Below, piece after piece: positions 50,367 through 60,074 of a stretch of 64,000 bases of DNA. Within the stretch, counting starts at the first letter, position 1, and each line of letters opens with the position of its first letter. Both the position numbers and the translations under genes were made by a program. The stretch is from the IMG/VR virus record IMGVR_UViG_3300032240_000979, positions 2,722 to 66,721 of that record; one strand, written 5' to 3'. The notes under the pieces are model-generated. The model saw nothing but the letters and a program-made list of their open reading frames with translations, had not been told where the DNA came from and did no database searches. The stretch is from a virus.

Positions 50367-51103
50367 TTTGACTCTTTCCAAGATTGAAAGCTGAACTCTT
50401 TGCTGGCGCAACCATTAAGATCTGGGGCCGATAATGTTTGAGATTTACCCATGCGCCGATTACAAGCTATCTTGTAAGTTACCCAAGCATCGTAATCGCT
50501 TCTGTTCTTGTAGTAAATGGATTTAGTTTCAATGATGTTGCCTTTTTTAGCGTAGCATGACACAAAATTGGCAATATGCTTATCGAAAGGAAGTTTATTA
50601 TTCTCTACGAAATATGTATGATTATGTTTATCAATAAAGTCAGGAATACAATGCGAAAAAGTATAGTTGTTATTCCAGATATATGAGTCGTAAAAAGGGA
50701 TAACCAGATGAACATCTTTTGTAATTAGGCTGCTTAAATCTTCGCTTGAGATGAAACCATCTTTTACAGCGTTGGTAAAAGTATAGATTCTGTTTACCTG
50801 CTTAAAGCCTTCGTCGTTCAAAGCGAAAAGAACGACTTTGTGTTTTGAGTTGTCAAGCGGATCATAACTATTGGAGACGGTTATTCTAATTCCAAACTTG
50901 AGCGAAAGCTTGTTGGCTTTGCAAGCTTTAAAAGCTGAGAGAAATCCGGTAAAAGAATCTTCGACCAAAAAAACTTCTTTCAAACCATTTTCTAAGGCGA
51001 TGGAAATAATACTGTCTGGCCCATCCTCTTTTTGCTTCTCTGGTTCGGCCAGAGTTAAAATGCTTTTTCCAATGGAAAAGTGAGACTTGAATAGCGGGAT
51101 CAT
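50363..51103 (-). CDS. stand-alone PHP domain of Pol III alpha
   Basis: PLFKSHFSIGKSIL, LKFGIRI and VVLFALNDEGFKQV match the DnaE/PolC PHP N-terminus; an upstream GTG at 51118 is also possible. Confidence 0.85.
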   Translation of the reverse strand: MIPLFKSHFSIGKSILTLAEPEKQKEDGPDSIISIALENGLKEVFLVEDSFTGFLSAFKACKANKLSLKFGIRITVSNSYDPLDNSKHKVVLFALNDEGFKQVNRIYTFTNAVKDGFISSEDLSSLITKDVHLVIPFYDSYIWNNNYTFSHCIPDFIDKHNHTYFVENNKLPFDKHIANFVSCYAKKGNIIETKSIYYKNRSDYDAWVTYKIACNRRMGKSQTLSAPDLNGCASKEFSFQSWKESK

Positions 51104-51133
51104 CTCGCCATCATTCACAAATTTTTACAGATG

Positions 51134-52156
51134 TCAAGACTTATTGTGTCTTGGACATCCAGCATAATGCTCTTTTGTAACCTTGTCGGTTTCTTTTGCC
51201 ACCTTGAAAGCTTCGTCCTTGTCCTCTTCTGAAAATGTTTTGAGAATGTTGTTATCCTTGTCTCTAAGGGCGTAATAATTGTAAGCAAACTTATATGGAC
51301 AATGCCACATTGGATTGCCGTCTTTCTTTAAATGACCTTTGAACTTTGCAAAGCCACAAGAAAGTTTGCCGCTAAATGAACCATCAGATGGAATTGGCTT
51401 GTCGGCGGCAAAGTTTGAGTGCGCCTCTGATTCTGAAAAATTATCAATTACTTTTTGGATTTCGCAAAGATGATCTTCAAAGTCAGAAAGTTCTTGATCG
51501 GAAAGCGGAGGCATCTTCAATAAACCATCTCCACCTTTAGAAACATCAAACTTCAAGAACAAGAACTCCATGTTAACTTTATGCTCTGGATTAAGATGTT
51601 TTGATGCAAGAGTGTACATCAAGTGTTGCAAATTATCTTCAGCGTCTTTACCAGCAAAAACTGCCTTGCTAGTTTTGTAATCTCTTACAGTAGAAGAATT
51701 ATCAGGATAATTGAATTGGCGATCAATAAATCCTTTAATGCGGTATTTTTTATTATTTTTATCTACTATAAGATCAAATGATCTTTCATTGAAATCTTGG
51801 ACAGGTTTTTGTTCTTTATCTCCAAAGAAATCATACTTTAAACCTACAAGAATCATTTCTTTGATAAGCTTAATGTTTTCAGGGTCAGAGACTTTATTAT
51901 CTCTTGCTCGTTTTAAAGTTAAAGACTTAACAGAAGGAATAGCAAAGGCATCATCAAGCTTAATCATCTTCTTGACGTATTTCTTTCTGGTCGGCTTAGA
52001 AAGCATTTCTAATATTAAATGGACAACATCTCCGCGATTTGCGCCGTCATTTGAAGTATCAGGTAACTTTAAAACATAATTGCACCAATAAGACCAACTG
52101 CATTTGTCTAAAGTTTTAATTCTGCTGGCGGATAAAGCTGTTAATTGTTTAGACAA
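51134..52156 (-). CDS. PD-(D/E)XK nuclease (RecB/AddB/Cas4-like)
   Basis: LSASRIKTLDKC, GDVVH, GFIDR, DYKTSK, QxxxY and C-terminal Cys cluster. Confidence 0.88.
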   Translation of the reverse strand: MSKQLTALSASRIKTLDKCSWSYWCNYVLKLPDTSNDGANRGDVVHLILEMLSKPTRKKYVKKMIKLDDAFAIPSVKSLTLKRARDNKVSDPENIKLIKEMILVGLKYDFFGDKEQKPVQDFNERSFDLIVDKNNKKYRIKGFIDRQFNYPDNSSTVRDYKTSKAVFAGKDAEDNLQHLMYTLASKHLNPEHKVNMEFLFLKFDVSKGGDGLLKMPPLSDQELSDFEDHLCEIQKVIDNFSESEAHSNFAADKPIPSDGSFSGKLSCGFAKFKGHLKKDGNPMWHCPYKFAYNYYALRDKDNNILKTFSEEDKDEAFKVAKETDKVTKEHYAGCPRHNKS

Positions 52157-53228
52157 GTGAGTCCTTTAGTTCTTCTGCTTTTTTAATTAAATTCTTATTA
52201 AAATTGTTTTGGCAAGCTATTTCGTATATTTTTTTAATTTGAGCTTCTCGATTAATAATCTTATCATTCCATTTATCAAATATATCATCTTGACCTTCAA
52301 ATTTTAATAGATTCATATCGCTAAAATCATTAGCTAATGGAAGTTTAATAACAAGTTTAGTATGATCGAAAACAGAACAAAGTTGTAAATAAGATTTGCA
52401 AGATGAAACTAATCCATGATTAAATTCACTTTTTGAATCATTATTGTAAGAGATTATAATCTTATCTGGATTAAGTTCTATAAGAGTTGAACAAAGTTTA
52501 GAGGAAATGCCTAATCCAAAAGTCACTAAGTTATTTGCGTAATCGTTTTCGTAAAGAGCCATACTATCACCAATGCTTTCAACAATAATTACGGTTCCAG
52601 TTTCAGTAATTTTTTCTCTAACGGTTTCGATGCCGTTACGTTTAAGATAAAGAGGATAAACCCAATTAGTCTTTTTACCTAGATGCTTCCATTTTGGAAA
52701 CGTAGAATCTTTATCCCAAACAGTAGCTCTAGCAGAAAATCCATGAATTTCTCCATGGGAATTATAAATAGGAAAAACTATTCTTCTAAAAAGCTGTCCA
52801 GCAGTTGCATAACCGCATTTATAGAAATCAAGAGTATCGGGAGATATCATCTTCTTAGAATAAAAGTCCAAATGAGGAAGAAGATTTTCCAACATTGATT
52901 CTGGATAGATTTTTTCCATTTCGATTTTTTCTTTAACTTCGTTAGATATAATATCTTGAAGATCAAATTTTACATACTTATCTATTACTGAATCATCTTT
53001 CGTATTCAGAGTAAGAGAAATTAGTTTCTTAATCGGAAAACTTTTATCTCCACTGGCAAAGTCTGTCCATACGCCGCTGTTTTTATAAATCTTTAAAGCT
53101 GTGGCATTATCACCACCGCGATAAATAGCAGAGGTGCGCCAATAATTGCCACAGTCTCTTAGATTATAACCTAAAGATTCTAGAGAGCTTTTAAGTTGCG
53201 TAGGATCAAGAGTTAAAGTCTGGGACAT
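52149..53228 (-). CDS. dnaG: DnaG-like DNA primase (TOPRIM)
   Basis: RIVFPIYN, GFSAR, PKWKH, IIVESIGD, SYNND and NDFSD motifs; adjacent to DnaB. Confidence 0.85.
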   Translation of the reverse strand: MSQTLTLDPTQLKSSLESLGYNLRDCGNYWRTSAIYRGGDNATALKIYKNSGVWTDFASGDKSFPIKKLISLTLNTKDDSVIDKYVKFDLQDIISNEVKEKIEMEKIYPESMLENLLPHLDFYSKKMISPDTLDFYKCGYATAGQLFRRIVFPIYNSHGEIHGFSARATVWDKDSTFPKWKHLGKKTNWVYPLYLKRNGIETVREKITETGTVIIVESIGDSMALYENDYANNLVTFGLGISSKLCSTLIELNPDKIIISYNNDSKSEFNHGLVSSCKSYLQLCSVFDHTKLVIKLPLANDFSDMNLLKFEGQDDIFDKWNDKIINREAQIKKIYEIACQNNFNKNLIKKAEELKDSLV

Positions 53229-54726
53229 CGTCTTGTTCATTAGTAGCTTCTGGTCTTGTTATTCCTGTATCCATTGAGCGGACAATATCGCGTAAATCTC
53301 CATGTTCGGTAACGTCAAAATTATTAAAACGAAGATTAATAAAGTTGCGACGAAGATTTCCGTCTGGCATACGAACAGGTTCAACTGCACCTGCAATATC
53401 GGAACCTAAGAAACGATTCTTGATAAAGATTAGTTTGTGTGTGCCAAAATCGTTTCCATCTTCCATTCTTTCATCAACTGTCTTGTGGCGAAGAATCGCC
53501 ATATGAGAGCAGTAGTGAACAATACGGTCAGACATAGAGACAATGCTTTCATCATCATTAATATCGCTAGAGTTGCGGTTAGTTGTGACCCCGCTTCTAT
53601 TAGACTGGACAGAAGTAAACATCGCAACTAAAGGCTTGTGATCTTGGACAAGATCGCGCTGAATAGTTTTCTTAAACTTATCTAACATATTACCAATAAC
53701 CTGCCATTCTGTTTTGTCTCTGTCTGAATCGGCAGAAGGCTTGATATAATCGAAACTAAAGATCATCTTATTACCACGACCAATCTTTGAGTAATAAAAC
53801 CTTTTAAGAGTATTGACCATCTGATCTGTGGTCATGCCGCCTACATTGTAATAATAGAATTTAAGGTTCTTAACCTTATTCCAAGTAGCGCGAACTCGAT
53901 CAACAATATCGGGGCCAGCCTTGCGCCAAAGACCGCTTTCAAGAAGATGAACAGGAACATGACTCAGGGCTGCACACTGGCGCATGATAACTTCTTCTTT
54001 GCTCATTTCACCATTATCAAAGTGGAGAACTGGAACATCATACTCTGCGGAAACCTTTGTGCAGAAGTTTAGAGACAAAAGAGTTTTACCAACGCCAGAG
54101 CGAGCAACTATAACTGTGATATTACCGGGTCTTAAAAGGGAACCATAAATCTTGTTAACCGTTGGGAATGGACCCATAAGACCAAATTCAGTAATCGGAT
54201 TGTTGCCACGGTCTTCAATGACAGACTCCATTTCTTCAAAAATGTTAACAGGCTTTTCATCATTATTCTCATATAAATTAATCGTCTTGTTAAAAGAGGA
54301 ATCTGCTTCCTCGATAATCTTTTGGTAAGAGGCATCTGGAGCCATTCTTTTCATCTTGTCTGCTACATCTAAAGCAGACTTATGAATTGTACGGCGAATA
54401 GAATATTTCTTGATTTCTTTAGCCGCAGCAATCGCCGTTGTTGGATTGGTCTTTCTGATAGCTAATGAACGGCAGTAATCAAATACATTGATATTATCCT
54501 GAAAAGATACGCCAAGTTCTTTAATGCGTTGGGCAATAATGACCTCTTCTATCTTTTCGTTAGCTTCTAAACATTTACGGATGATATGGTAAATGGTTTT
54601 GTTAACAACAGATGCCTCTGAATAAAAATCAGATTCAGATACAAAATCGCAGACTTCTGCGTAAGTATCTGGATATTGAATCAATCCAGCAAGAAACTGC
54701 TGTTCTACTTCAAATGAATAAAGCAT
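53206..54726 (-). CDS. dnaB: replicative DNA helicase DnaB-like
   Basis: N-terminal EVEQQFLAGL, Walker A ARSGVGKT, GEMS, FDYI, QSNR and KNRF motifs. Confidence 0.93.
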   Translation of the reverse strand: MLYSFEVEQQFLAGLIQYPDTYAEVCDFVSESDFYSEASVVNKTIYHIIRKCLEANEKIEEVIIAQRIKELGVSFQDNINVFDYCRSLAIRKTNPTTAIAAAKEIKKYSIRRTIHKSALDVADKMKRMAPDASYQKIIEEADSSFNKTINLYENNDEKPVNIFEEMESVIEDRGNNPITEFGLMGPFPTVNKIYGSLLRPGNITVIVARSGVGKTLLSLNFCTKVSAEYDVPVLHFDNGEMSKEEVIMRQCAALSHVPVHLLESGLWRKAGPDIVDRVRATWNKVKNLKFYYYNVGGMTTDQMVNTLKRFYYSKIGRGNKMIFSFDYIKPSADSDRDKTEWQVIGNMLDKFKKTIQRDLVQDHKPLVAMFTSVQSNRSGVTTNRNSSDINDDESIVSMSDRIVHYCSHMAILRHKTVDERMEDGNDFGTHKLIFIKNRFLGSDIAGAVEPVRMPDGNLRRNFINLRFNNFDVTEHGDLRDIVRSMDTGITRPEATNEQDDVPDFNS

Positions 54727-54980
54727 TATTCGTTATCGTCTGAAATTTCGGTTGAATCTTCATTAAGCCATTCTTCTATAGCTTTTTTAAGACCTAAAGA
54801 TGTTAAAACTGAATCGAAACGAGTATAGATTTGAGGAGTGCCATTTTCAGAACAAATGCACAGAACGATACCTTTGTATGAATCGGCACCTCCAGACATT
54901 TCATAAATCTGAGCTACCATTTCGACAGGGAATTTAAATTCTTTGTTTTCATTTTCTTTTTTATCTTTGTTTTTCTTCAT
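54726..54980 (-). CDS. hypothetical protein
   Basis: 84 aa, coupled overlaps on both sides. Confidence 0.75.
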   Translation of the reverse strand: MKKNKDKKENENKEFKFPVEMVAQIYEMSGGADSYKGIVLCICSENGTPQIYTRFDSVLTSLGLKKAIEEWLNEDSTEISDDNE

Positions 54981-55387
54981 AGTATCACTCCTTGTTTTGA
55001 GAAAATCTCCAAGCTGACTTCCTCGCCTTCGTAAACCTCTACGAGCTTAATTCCATTTGTCAAACAAAACTTCATCTTTAAATCGTCTCTTTTTAATTGG
55101 TCGAGCCATTTAAAACGATCATTATTATGGAAGAACTTATTAAATTGTTGGTGCTGTTTTCCTTGAACTTCTACTGCAACTTTTTTATTTGCATTATAAA
55201 AATCCAAAGACAAACGCGTTCCAACAACGCGCAGTTCTTCAAATACAATGTCATGTTTCCAATAGGAGAATAAAAACTGTTTTACTCTCCATTGGATTTT
55301 ACTTCTAGATTTGGCTTCCCAATCAATTAAATAGTTCTTAGAATTTTTAATTAATTTTTCTTTGCCGTTGATAGTTTTAAACTTCAT
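54977..55387 (-). CDS. Vsr/DUF559-like endonuclease
   Basis: LDFY...AVEVQGKQH...RDDLKMKFC..NGIKLVEV. Confidence 0.8.
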   Translation of the reverse strand: MKFKTINGKEKLIKNSKNYLIDWEAKSRSKIQWRVKQFLFSYWKHDIVFEELRVVGTRLSLDFYNANKKVAVEVQGKQHQQFNKFFHNNDRFKWLDQLKRDDLKMKFCLTNGIKLVEVYEGEEVSLEIFSKQGVIL

Positions 55388-56537
55388 TTAAATTCTTGCC
55401 AAGAATAATTTCTAAACAATGTTTATGAAGAACTTTAACTACCTTTTCGTGACTTTCAATGAAATTGAAAACTGCATCTTGACCTTGGAATTTGTCAGGA
55501 ATTGTGACACCTTCATCGGAATAGATTTTTTTCAATTCATCAGAAATATTAAACCAAGATCCAGATTTCTTAATTAACTCCCAAATAATAAGAATATCAA
55601 CGATCTCTCTTTCTACCCAAACAGAACGGCCATTAGTGCGGCCATATTTAATTGGATATTTAAGACGATTTTTACTAGATTCATTTGGACTCTTTTTGAT
55701 ATAGATTTTGCAATGATGACCAAGAATAGGATTCTTTTCTGAATCGTATTTTTTATCTTGTTCTTTTAAGATAACATCGCTTTCAAAACGAGGCTCAAAC
55801 TCAAAAATAAAATTAGCAAAATGCAAGAGAGCGTTGCCACCAGTAGCAGAAGTTTGTCTGACAGGAGCTTTACTATATGGGTCAAGCTGAATATCACTTC
55901 TGACTTGAGATATGAAAATAGCCATATGGCCACGCTTAGTTAGACCTATAGATTCTGTTTTCATAAAAACAGAAGCGATAACGGCTCCTCCAGCTACTTT
56001 ATGAGATTCGCCAAAAGCTTTTCCAATATCTCCTTTGGAAACTAATCCATCAACGGAATCAAGGATAAACATATACTTAAAACCATCTTGCTTGTCATTG
56101 ACTAATAATTTAATAGATTCTACTACAGTTTCGTAGATATTAGACTCAAATACAAAGCAGGTTCCTGTTTCCCAAGATTTAGCGTCAAAAACAAATTTAA
56201 CTCCAGAACGTTTTCGCATTTCTTCAGAAAGACGACCTTCAGCTTTAACAAAAAAACCTTTTGAATTTGGAACGGTATTTAAAAAATTACGCATAACTTC
56301 AAGAGCGGCGGATGTTTTACCGCCTTCTGTAAAGCCTACAAATCTATGCAAACCTGGTCCAAGCCCGCCGCCTATTTTTGCGTCTAAGATAAGAGATCCA
56401 GTAGATACCTTATAGTCATGGGTTTCTTCAAAATTGTAATGATCTTCTTGATTGTTTTCTAAAAATGATTGTAGTCTAGAAATAGACGATACATATTCAT
56501 CTGTTTTTTCTTCTTTTACTTTTTCTTTCTTGCTCAT
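55377..56537 (-). CDS. recA: RecA/UvsX-like recombinase
   Basis: STGSLILDAKIGGG, GFTEGGKTS, ILDSV, FISQVR, TGGNALLHFA and KKSGSWF motifs. Confidence 0.88.
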   Translation of the reverse strand: MSKKEKVKEEKTDEYVSSISRLQSFLENNQEDHYNFEETHDYKVSTGSLILDAKIGGGLGPGLHRFVGFTEGGKTSAALEVMRNFLNTVPNSKGFFVKAEGRLSEEMRKRSGVKFVFDAKSWETGTCFVFESNIYETVVESIKLLVNDKQDGFKYMFILDSVDGLVSKGDIGKAFGESHKVAGGAVIASVFMKTESIGLTKRGHMAIFISQVRSDIQLDPYSKAPVRQTSATGGNALLHFANFIFEFEPRFESDVILKEQDKKYDSEKNPILGHHCKIYIKKSPNESSKNRLKYPIKYGRTNGRSVWVEREIVDILIIWELIKKSGSWFNISDELKKIYSDEGVTIPDKFQGQDAVFNFIESHEKVVKVLHKHCLEIILGKNLNEV

Positions 56538-56992
56538 GATAAAAATTCCTTTAATGTTGGTTTAGGTTTAATGTTAAAATCTTCTCCAGTCTTGTCTGTC
56601 AAGACAATTTCTTGGGTTGGTTGCGGCTGATAGTAAAACTCCTTGCGCTTAATTTCAAGTTCTACGGCCTTCCAATCGGCATAATAAAAAGCAAGAGTTT
56701 CAACCTTCTTAATTGGAATATATTCCGACAAGAATTTAAAACCATATCTTTGCTCAATCTGCCTGAGAATAGTAAGCTCTTTCTTCCAAAACTCAGCGGT
56801 AGTTCGTTTTGGTATATTTACAAATCTAGCGACGATGACACGACGAGAAACTTTCTTCGCTGGCTTTAGTTTCTTGACTCTAGGTTTACGAGGAACTCTT
56901 TCGGCGCGAGGTTTCCTTGGCTTTCTGGGTTTGCGAACCTTGACGATTTCTGGAGACTGAATTTCTAGTTGAAATGGCTCTTCCATACGCAT
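56534..56992 (-). CDS. hypothetical basic protein
   Basis: RKP repeats; TTGACA element upstream at 57021-57016. Confidence 0.75.
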   Translation of the reverse strand: MRMEEPFQLEIQSPEIVKVRKPRKPRKPRAERVPRKPRVKKLKPAKKVSRRVIVARFVNIPKRTTAEFWKKELTILRQIEQRYGFKFLSEYIPIKKVETLAFYYADWKAVELEIKRKEFYYQPQPTQEIVLTDKTGEDFNIKPKPTLKEFLS

Positions 56993-57028
56993 AGAAGAAA
57001 CAGATTGTCGCTTCTTGTCAATACATTT

Positions 57029-57460
57029 TTAAGATTTATTTGAAGCCGCAGCAGAACCGAAATAAAAGCCAGTAATGGCAATTAAGCATTGGCGTATCTC
57101 AGTAGTGATCAAATTGCCTGAAATCTCAACAAAAGCAGTCTTAGTTTTCTCTGTAACAAAACCCAATACATCGGCTCCATCCTTGTAGTCAACTTGAAGG
57201 TAAGTAGGAATACCTAAAACGGCCATAACAAAAGGAGAGATAACAATAGAAAATATGACAGAAACGACAATAAACTGTCTAACCATCTTTCCTACATCAC
57301 CATCTCTTTTAGCCGCTTTATCGTGAGATTCATCTGATTTATCTATCGCTTTCATCATACGGTCAAAGCGTAGCTTCTGCTCTTCGGCTTTTGCAGCCAT
57401 AAAGCGGAAAATGAATCCGACGACAGACCCACCTAATAGACTGATTAGTTCAGACGGCAC
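57029..57460 (-). CDS. membrane protein, possible holin-like
   Basis: Two to three hydrophobic segments and C-terminal AITGFYFGS as in 3TM holin-like families; GTGTAA 8 nt upstream. Confidence 0.55.
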   Translation of the reverse strand: MPSELISLLGGSVVGFIFRFMAAKAEEQKLRFDRMMKAIDKSDESHDKAAKRDGDVGKMVRQFIVVSVIFSIVISPFVMAVLGIPTYLQVDYKDGADVLGFVTEKTKTAFVEISGNLITTEIRQCLIAITGFYFGSAAASNKS

Positions 57461-57475
57461 ATACTATTTTACACC

Positions 57476-58102
57476 TTAAAGCCCAAAAGCTTCAATGGTC
57501 AAAGGGAACTTACCGTTGGATTTAACTAGAGAAAGCATCTCAGAAGCGATATCTCTAATTTCCTTTTGAGCGTCTGGTTTATTGCGAAGATTAAGGAAAT
57601 GGTAAAACGATCTCCAGTTAAACATCACATCAGCAGTGACTTGTGTATTGTAAGTTCTAAAGAATCTCGCAGACTCTTTTGCGCGTTTACGATCAAAGCC
57701 ATGATTTTTAACTAAATCTTCCAAACAGTTATGATAGAGCCTAAGACCATTATTGGTATAATTCTCAAGAATCTCTTTCCAATGTTCGGGCCAATCGGAA
57801 GGCAAGCAGAAGTTATCCTCCTTCATTTCCTTATATCTTGCAGACTCACCGTTAATTGAGACGCCAATTCGATGCTTCAAAAGGTGAATATGGCTCGCCA
57901 CATCAGTAGTAACTAAGAAATGGAGAGAAGACTTTTCAAAAGGTGTATGATGCCCATTTTCAGCGAGCATCTTTAACAGCGGCCCAATTCTTTGTTTCTT
58001 TTCGTCATTGATATCTCTAGAGGTAGAAGTCCAAGCGGAGCAAGCGTGAACTTGATCGTCGCCGTAAATGCCAATAAGCTGAACGCTATTTTCTTTATTC
58101 AT
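57476..58102 (-). CDS. thyX: flavin-dependent thymidylate synthase
   Basis: GHHTPFE, HLLKHRIGVSINGESARY, ESARFF, NWRSFYHFLNLR and AQKEIR; start trimmed to MNKENS. Confidence 0.93.
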   Translation of the reverse strand: MNKENSVQLIGIYGDDQVHACSAWTSTSRDINDEKKQRIGPLLKMLAENGHHTPFEKSSLHFLVTTDVASHIHLLKHRIGVSINGESARYKEMKEDNFCLPSDWPEHWKEILENYTNNGLRLYHNCLEDLVKNHGFDRKRAKESARFFRTYNTQVTADVMFNWRSFYHFLNLRNKPDAQKEIRDIASEMLSLVKSNGKFPLTIEAFGL

Positions 58103-59027
58103 TGTAAAGTTTGTTGTATTGTTGTAAGATTCCTGCGTAATATTGAGCGTGAAATTCTGCGCCGCCAAGAATTTCGGCGGTAACTTTTTGTCTTTCTTTT
58201 AAATATCCAGCAGTTTCTTTATTGTCTAATAAGAATTTTACGCATGACTCTATATTGTTTTCATCGACATAGACAAACGCTTGATCGAAATCAAACATAT
58301 GGTAGTACCAAGATATGTCGTTTTGATCTACTGGAGGGCGAACATAAATACACAAGGAGTTAGAAGCCATAGTCCAAATCAAACGCTCCCAAGATGTTGT
58401 GTTGCCGTTTACATTTAAAATGAATTTATATTTAAGCTGATCAGCGATGCTTACAAAATCACTAGAGTAATCTGAGTTTCGCGGCGTCTTTGTGAAATTA
58501 GTTATTTTTGCATCAACCACTTTACTGTTGAGGTATCTTTGGCAAATACTTACTCTTTGAGTTAACTCTTCCGTAAGAAGCAAGCCAGTATCCGAACCGA
58601 AGAAGCAAGCTTTATCTTGTTTTTTGTCCCATTCAATATCCAACTCATTTAAACGAGAACAAGTGTTAATTGTCTGTCCTAAATGAGAATCAGGAACGCA
58701 AATATGAGGCGAATTTTTTGAACGAGCAAAAACAAACTTACTTGGATCATCTAGGTATTCATTAACTGTCTCATCATTGAAATTGACCATAAAGTCAAAA
58801 CTCAAATCTTTAAGACCATAGTGATTTAATACCTGACTGGTAAATGAATCAAAAAACCTCTGCCTGAAAGGATCTAAATAATCTTTGTTTTTATCAAGAC
58901 AGGTAAGTTGACCATCTTTGATTCTATAGACAGCTTCGTTTTTAGCTAATTTGATTCCGCTAAAGTCTTTGTAAATTCTTAATCTGCTAGGATTAAGTTC
59001 GTTGTCGATACAGTATTGTACTGGCAT
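58095..59027 (-). CDS. glycosyltransferase family 90 (CAP10-like)
   Basis: WDKKQDKACFFGSDTG and QLKYKFILNVNGNTTSWERL motifs. Confidence 0.82.
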   Translation of the reverse strand: MPVQYCIDNELNPSRLRIYKDFSGIKLAKNEAVYRIKDGQLTCLDKNKDYLDPFRQRFFDSFTSQVLNHYGLKDLSFDFMVNFNDETVNEYLDDPSKFVFARSKNSPHICVPDSHLGQTINTCSRLNELDIEWDKKQDKACFFGSDTGLLLTEELTQRVSICQRYLNSKVVDAKITNFTKTPRNSDYSSDFVSIADQLKYKFILNVNGNTTSWERLIWTMASNSLCIYVRPPVDQNDISWYYHMFDFDQAFVYVDENNIESCVKFLLDNKETAGYLKERQKVTAEILGGAEFHAQYYAGILQQYNKLYNE

Positions 59028-59033
59028 AACTAA

Positions 59034-60074
59034 TCAAGAACATGATTTTAGATCCGCGTCAACCATTTTTTTTACTAATTGGAAAAAAGTTGTTTTAGGA
59101 ATCCATTTTAAATGGCTTCTAGCTTTTGTAGAATCTCCAAGAAGAAGCTCAACTTCTGCTGGCCTAAAGAATCTTGGGTTAACGACGACAAGAGGTATTT
59201 TTAATTCTGCATGGACGAACATCTCGTCAATCGTGCCTTCTTGACCCAGCCAGTTTCCTTCTATTCCCGCTGCCGCAAAAGCCAATTGGACAAACTCTCT
59301 GACGGTATGAGTTTCGTTGCTCGAAAGAACATATTCTAATGGCGGATAAGCAAACTGATTTAACATCTTCCAAACGCCATCAACAAAGTCTTCCGCATCG
59401 CTCCAATCTCTTTGCGAAGAAAGGTTTCCGAGTTCAAGCGCAACTGGTGTTTTTTTGTTTTTTAAATCATTTGCGATCTTTGCTATGCCAGAGGTAATCT
59501 TTCTGGTTACAAACTCTTTTCCTCTGCGAACTCCTTCATGATTAAAAAGCCAGCCTTGCACAGCGTACAAGTCGTAAGAGTCTCTCCATACCTTCACGAT
59601 ATGCCGAGCAGAAGCTTTTGATGCGCCATACGGACTGCGTGGACGAAGTGGATGAGTCTCATCTTGAGGAACAGTCATAACATCGCCAAACTCTTCGGAC
59701 GAACCAGCATTATAATAATGACATTTTGGAGCGAACTTTCTAATAGCTTCAAGTTGAAACATTACTGCCAAGCAGTTATTCTGCATATGGTTCAGCGGCA
59801 TTTCCCAACTTGTCCCAACAAAAGAATTGGCTGCGAAATTGATAAAGTAATCTGGTTTATATTTTTCGATTACATGATTGGTGCTTTGTGGATCACTGAT
59901 ATCAAGGTCGATAAGTTTAAAACGTGGGTCTGTGATATGATTAATGTTCTGATGATTAGAAACGCTGAGTCTGCGAACTGCGCCAAGAATATTGTAGTCT
60001 GTATTTTTGAGCAAATAGTCAGCCATAAGACTTCCGTCTTGACCTGTTACGCCTGTGATGATGACTGTTTTCAT
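59034..60074 (-). CDS. gmd: GDP-mannose 4,6-dehydratase
   Basis: ITGVTGQDGS, AANSFV, SSEEFG, PRSPYGASK, FNHE, FVTRKIT, RDWSDA and FRPAEVELLLGD. Confidence 0.95.
   Translation of the reverse strand: MKTVIITGVTGQDGSLMADYLLKNTDYNILGAVRRLSVSNHQNINHITDPRFKLIDLDISDPQSTNHVIEKYKPDYFINFAANSFVGTSWEMPLNHMQNNCLAVMFQLEAIRKFAPKCHYYNAGSSEEFGDVMTVPQDETHPLRPRSPYGASKASARHIVKVWRDSYDLYAVQGWLFNHEGVRRGKEFVTRKITSGIAKIANDLKNKKTPVALELGNLSSQRDWSDAEDFVDGVWKMLNQFAYPPLEYVLSSNETHTVREFVQLAFAAAGIEGNWLGQEGTIDEMFVHAELKIPLVVVNPRFFRPAEVELLLGDSTKARSHLKWIPKTTFFQLVKKMVDADLKSCS

Noticed and set aside
51134-52156. Cas4-like nuclease as evidence of a CRISPR-Cas system
   Set aside because: No repeat-spacer array or other cas genes; it sits in the replication block as a typical phage exonuclease.
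35053-54726. Inteins or group I introns in nrdA, nrdB, dnaE or dnaB
   Set aside because: Proteins are of normal length with contiguous motifs; no intein termini or homing endonuclease ORFs seen.
56880-56940. RKPRKPRKPR repeat as a DNA repeat element
   Set aside because: Codons vary between units, so it is a protein-level basic low-complexity tract.
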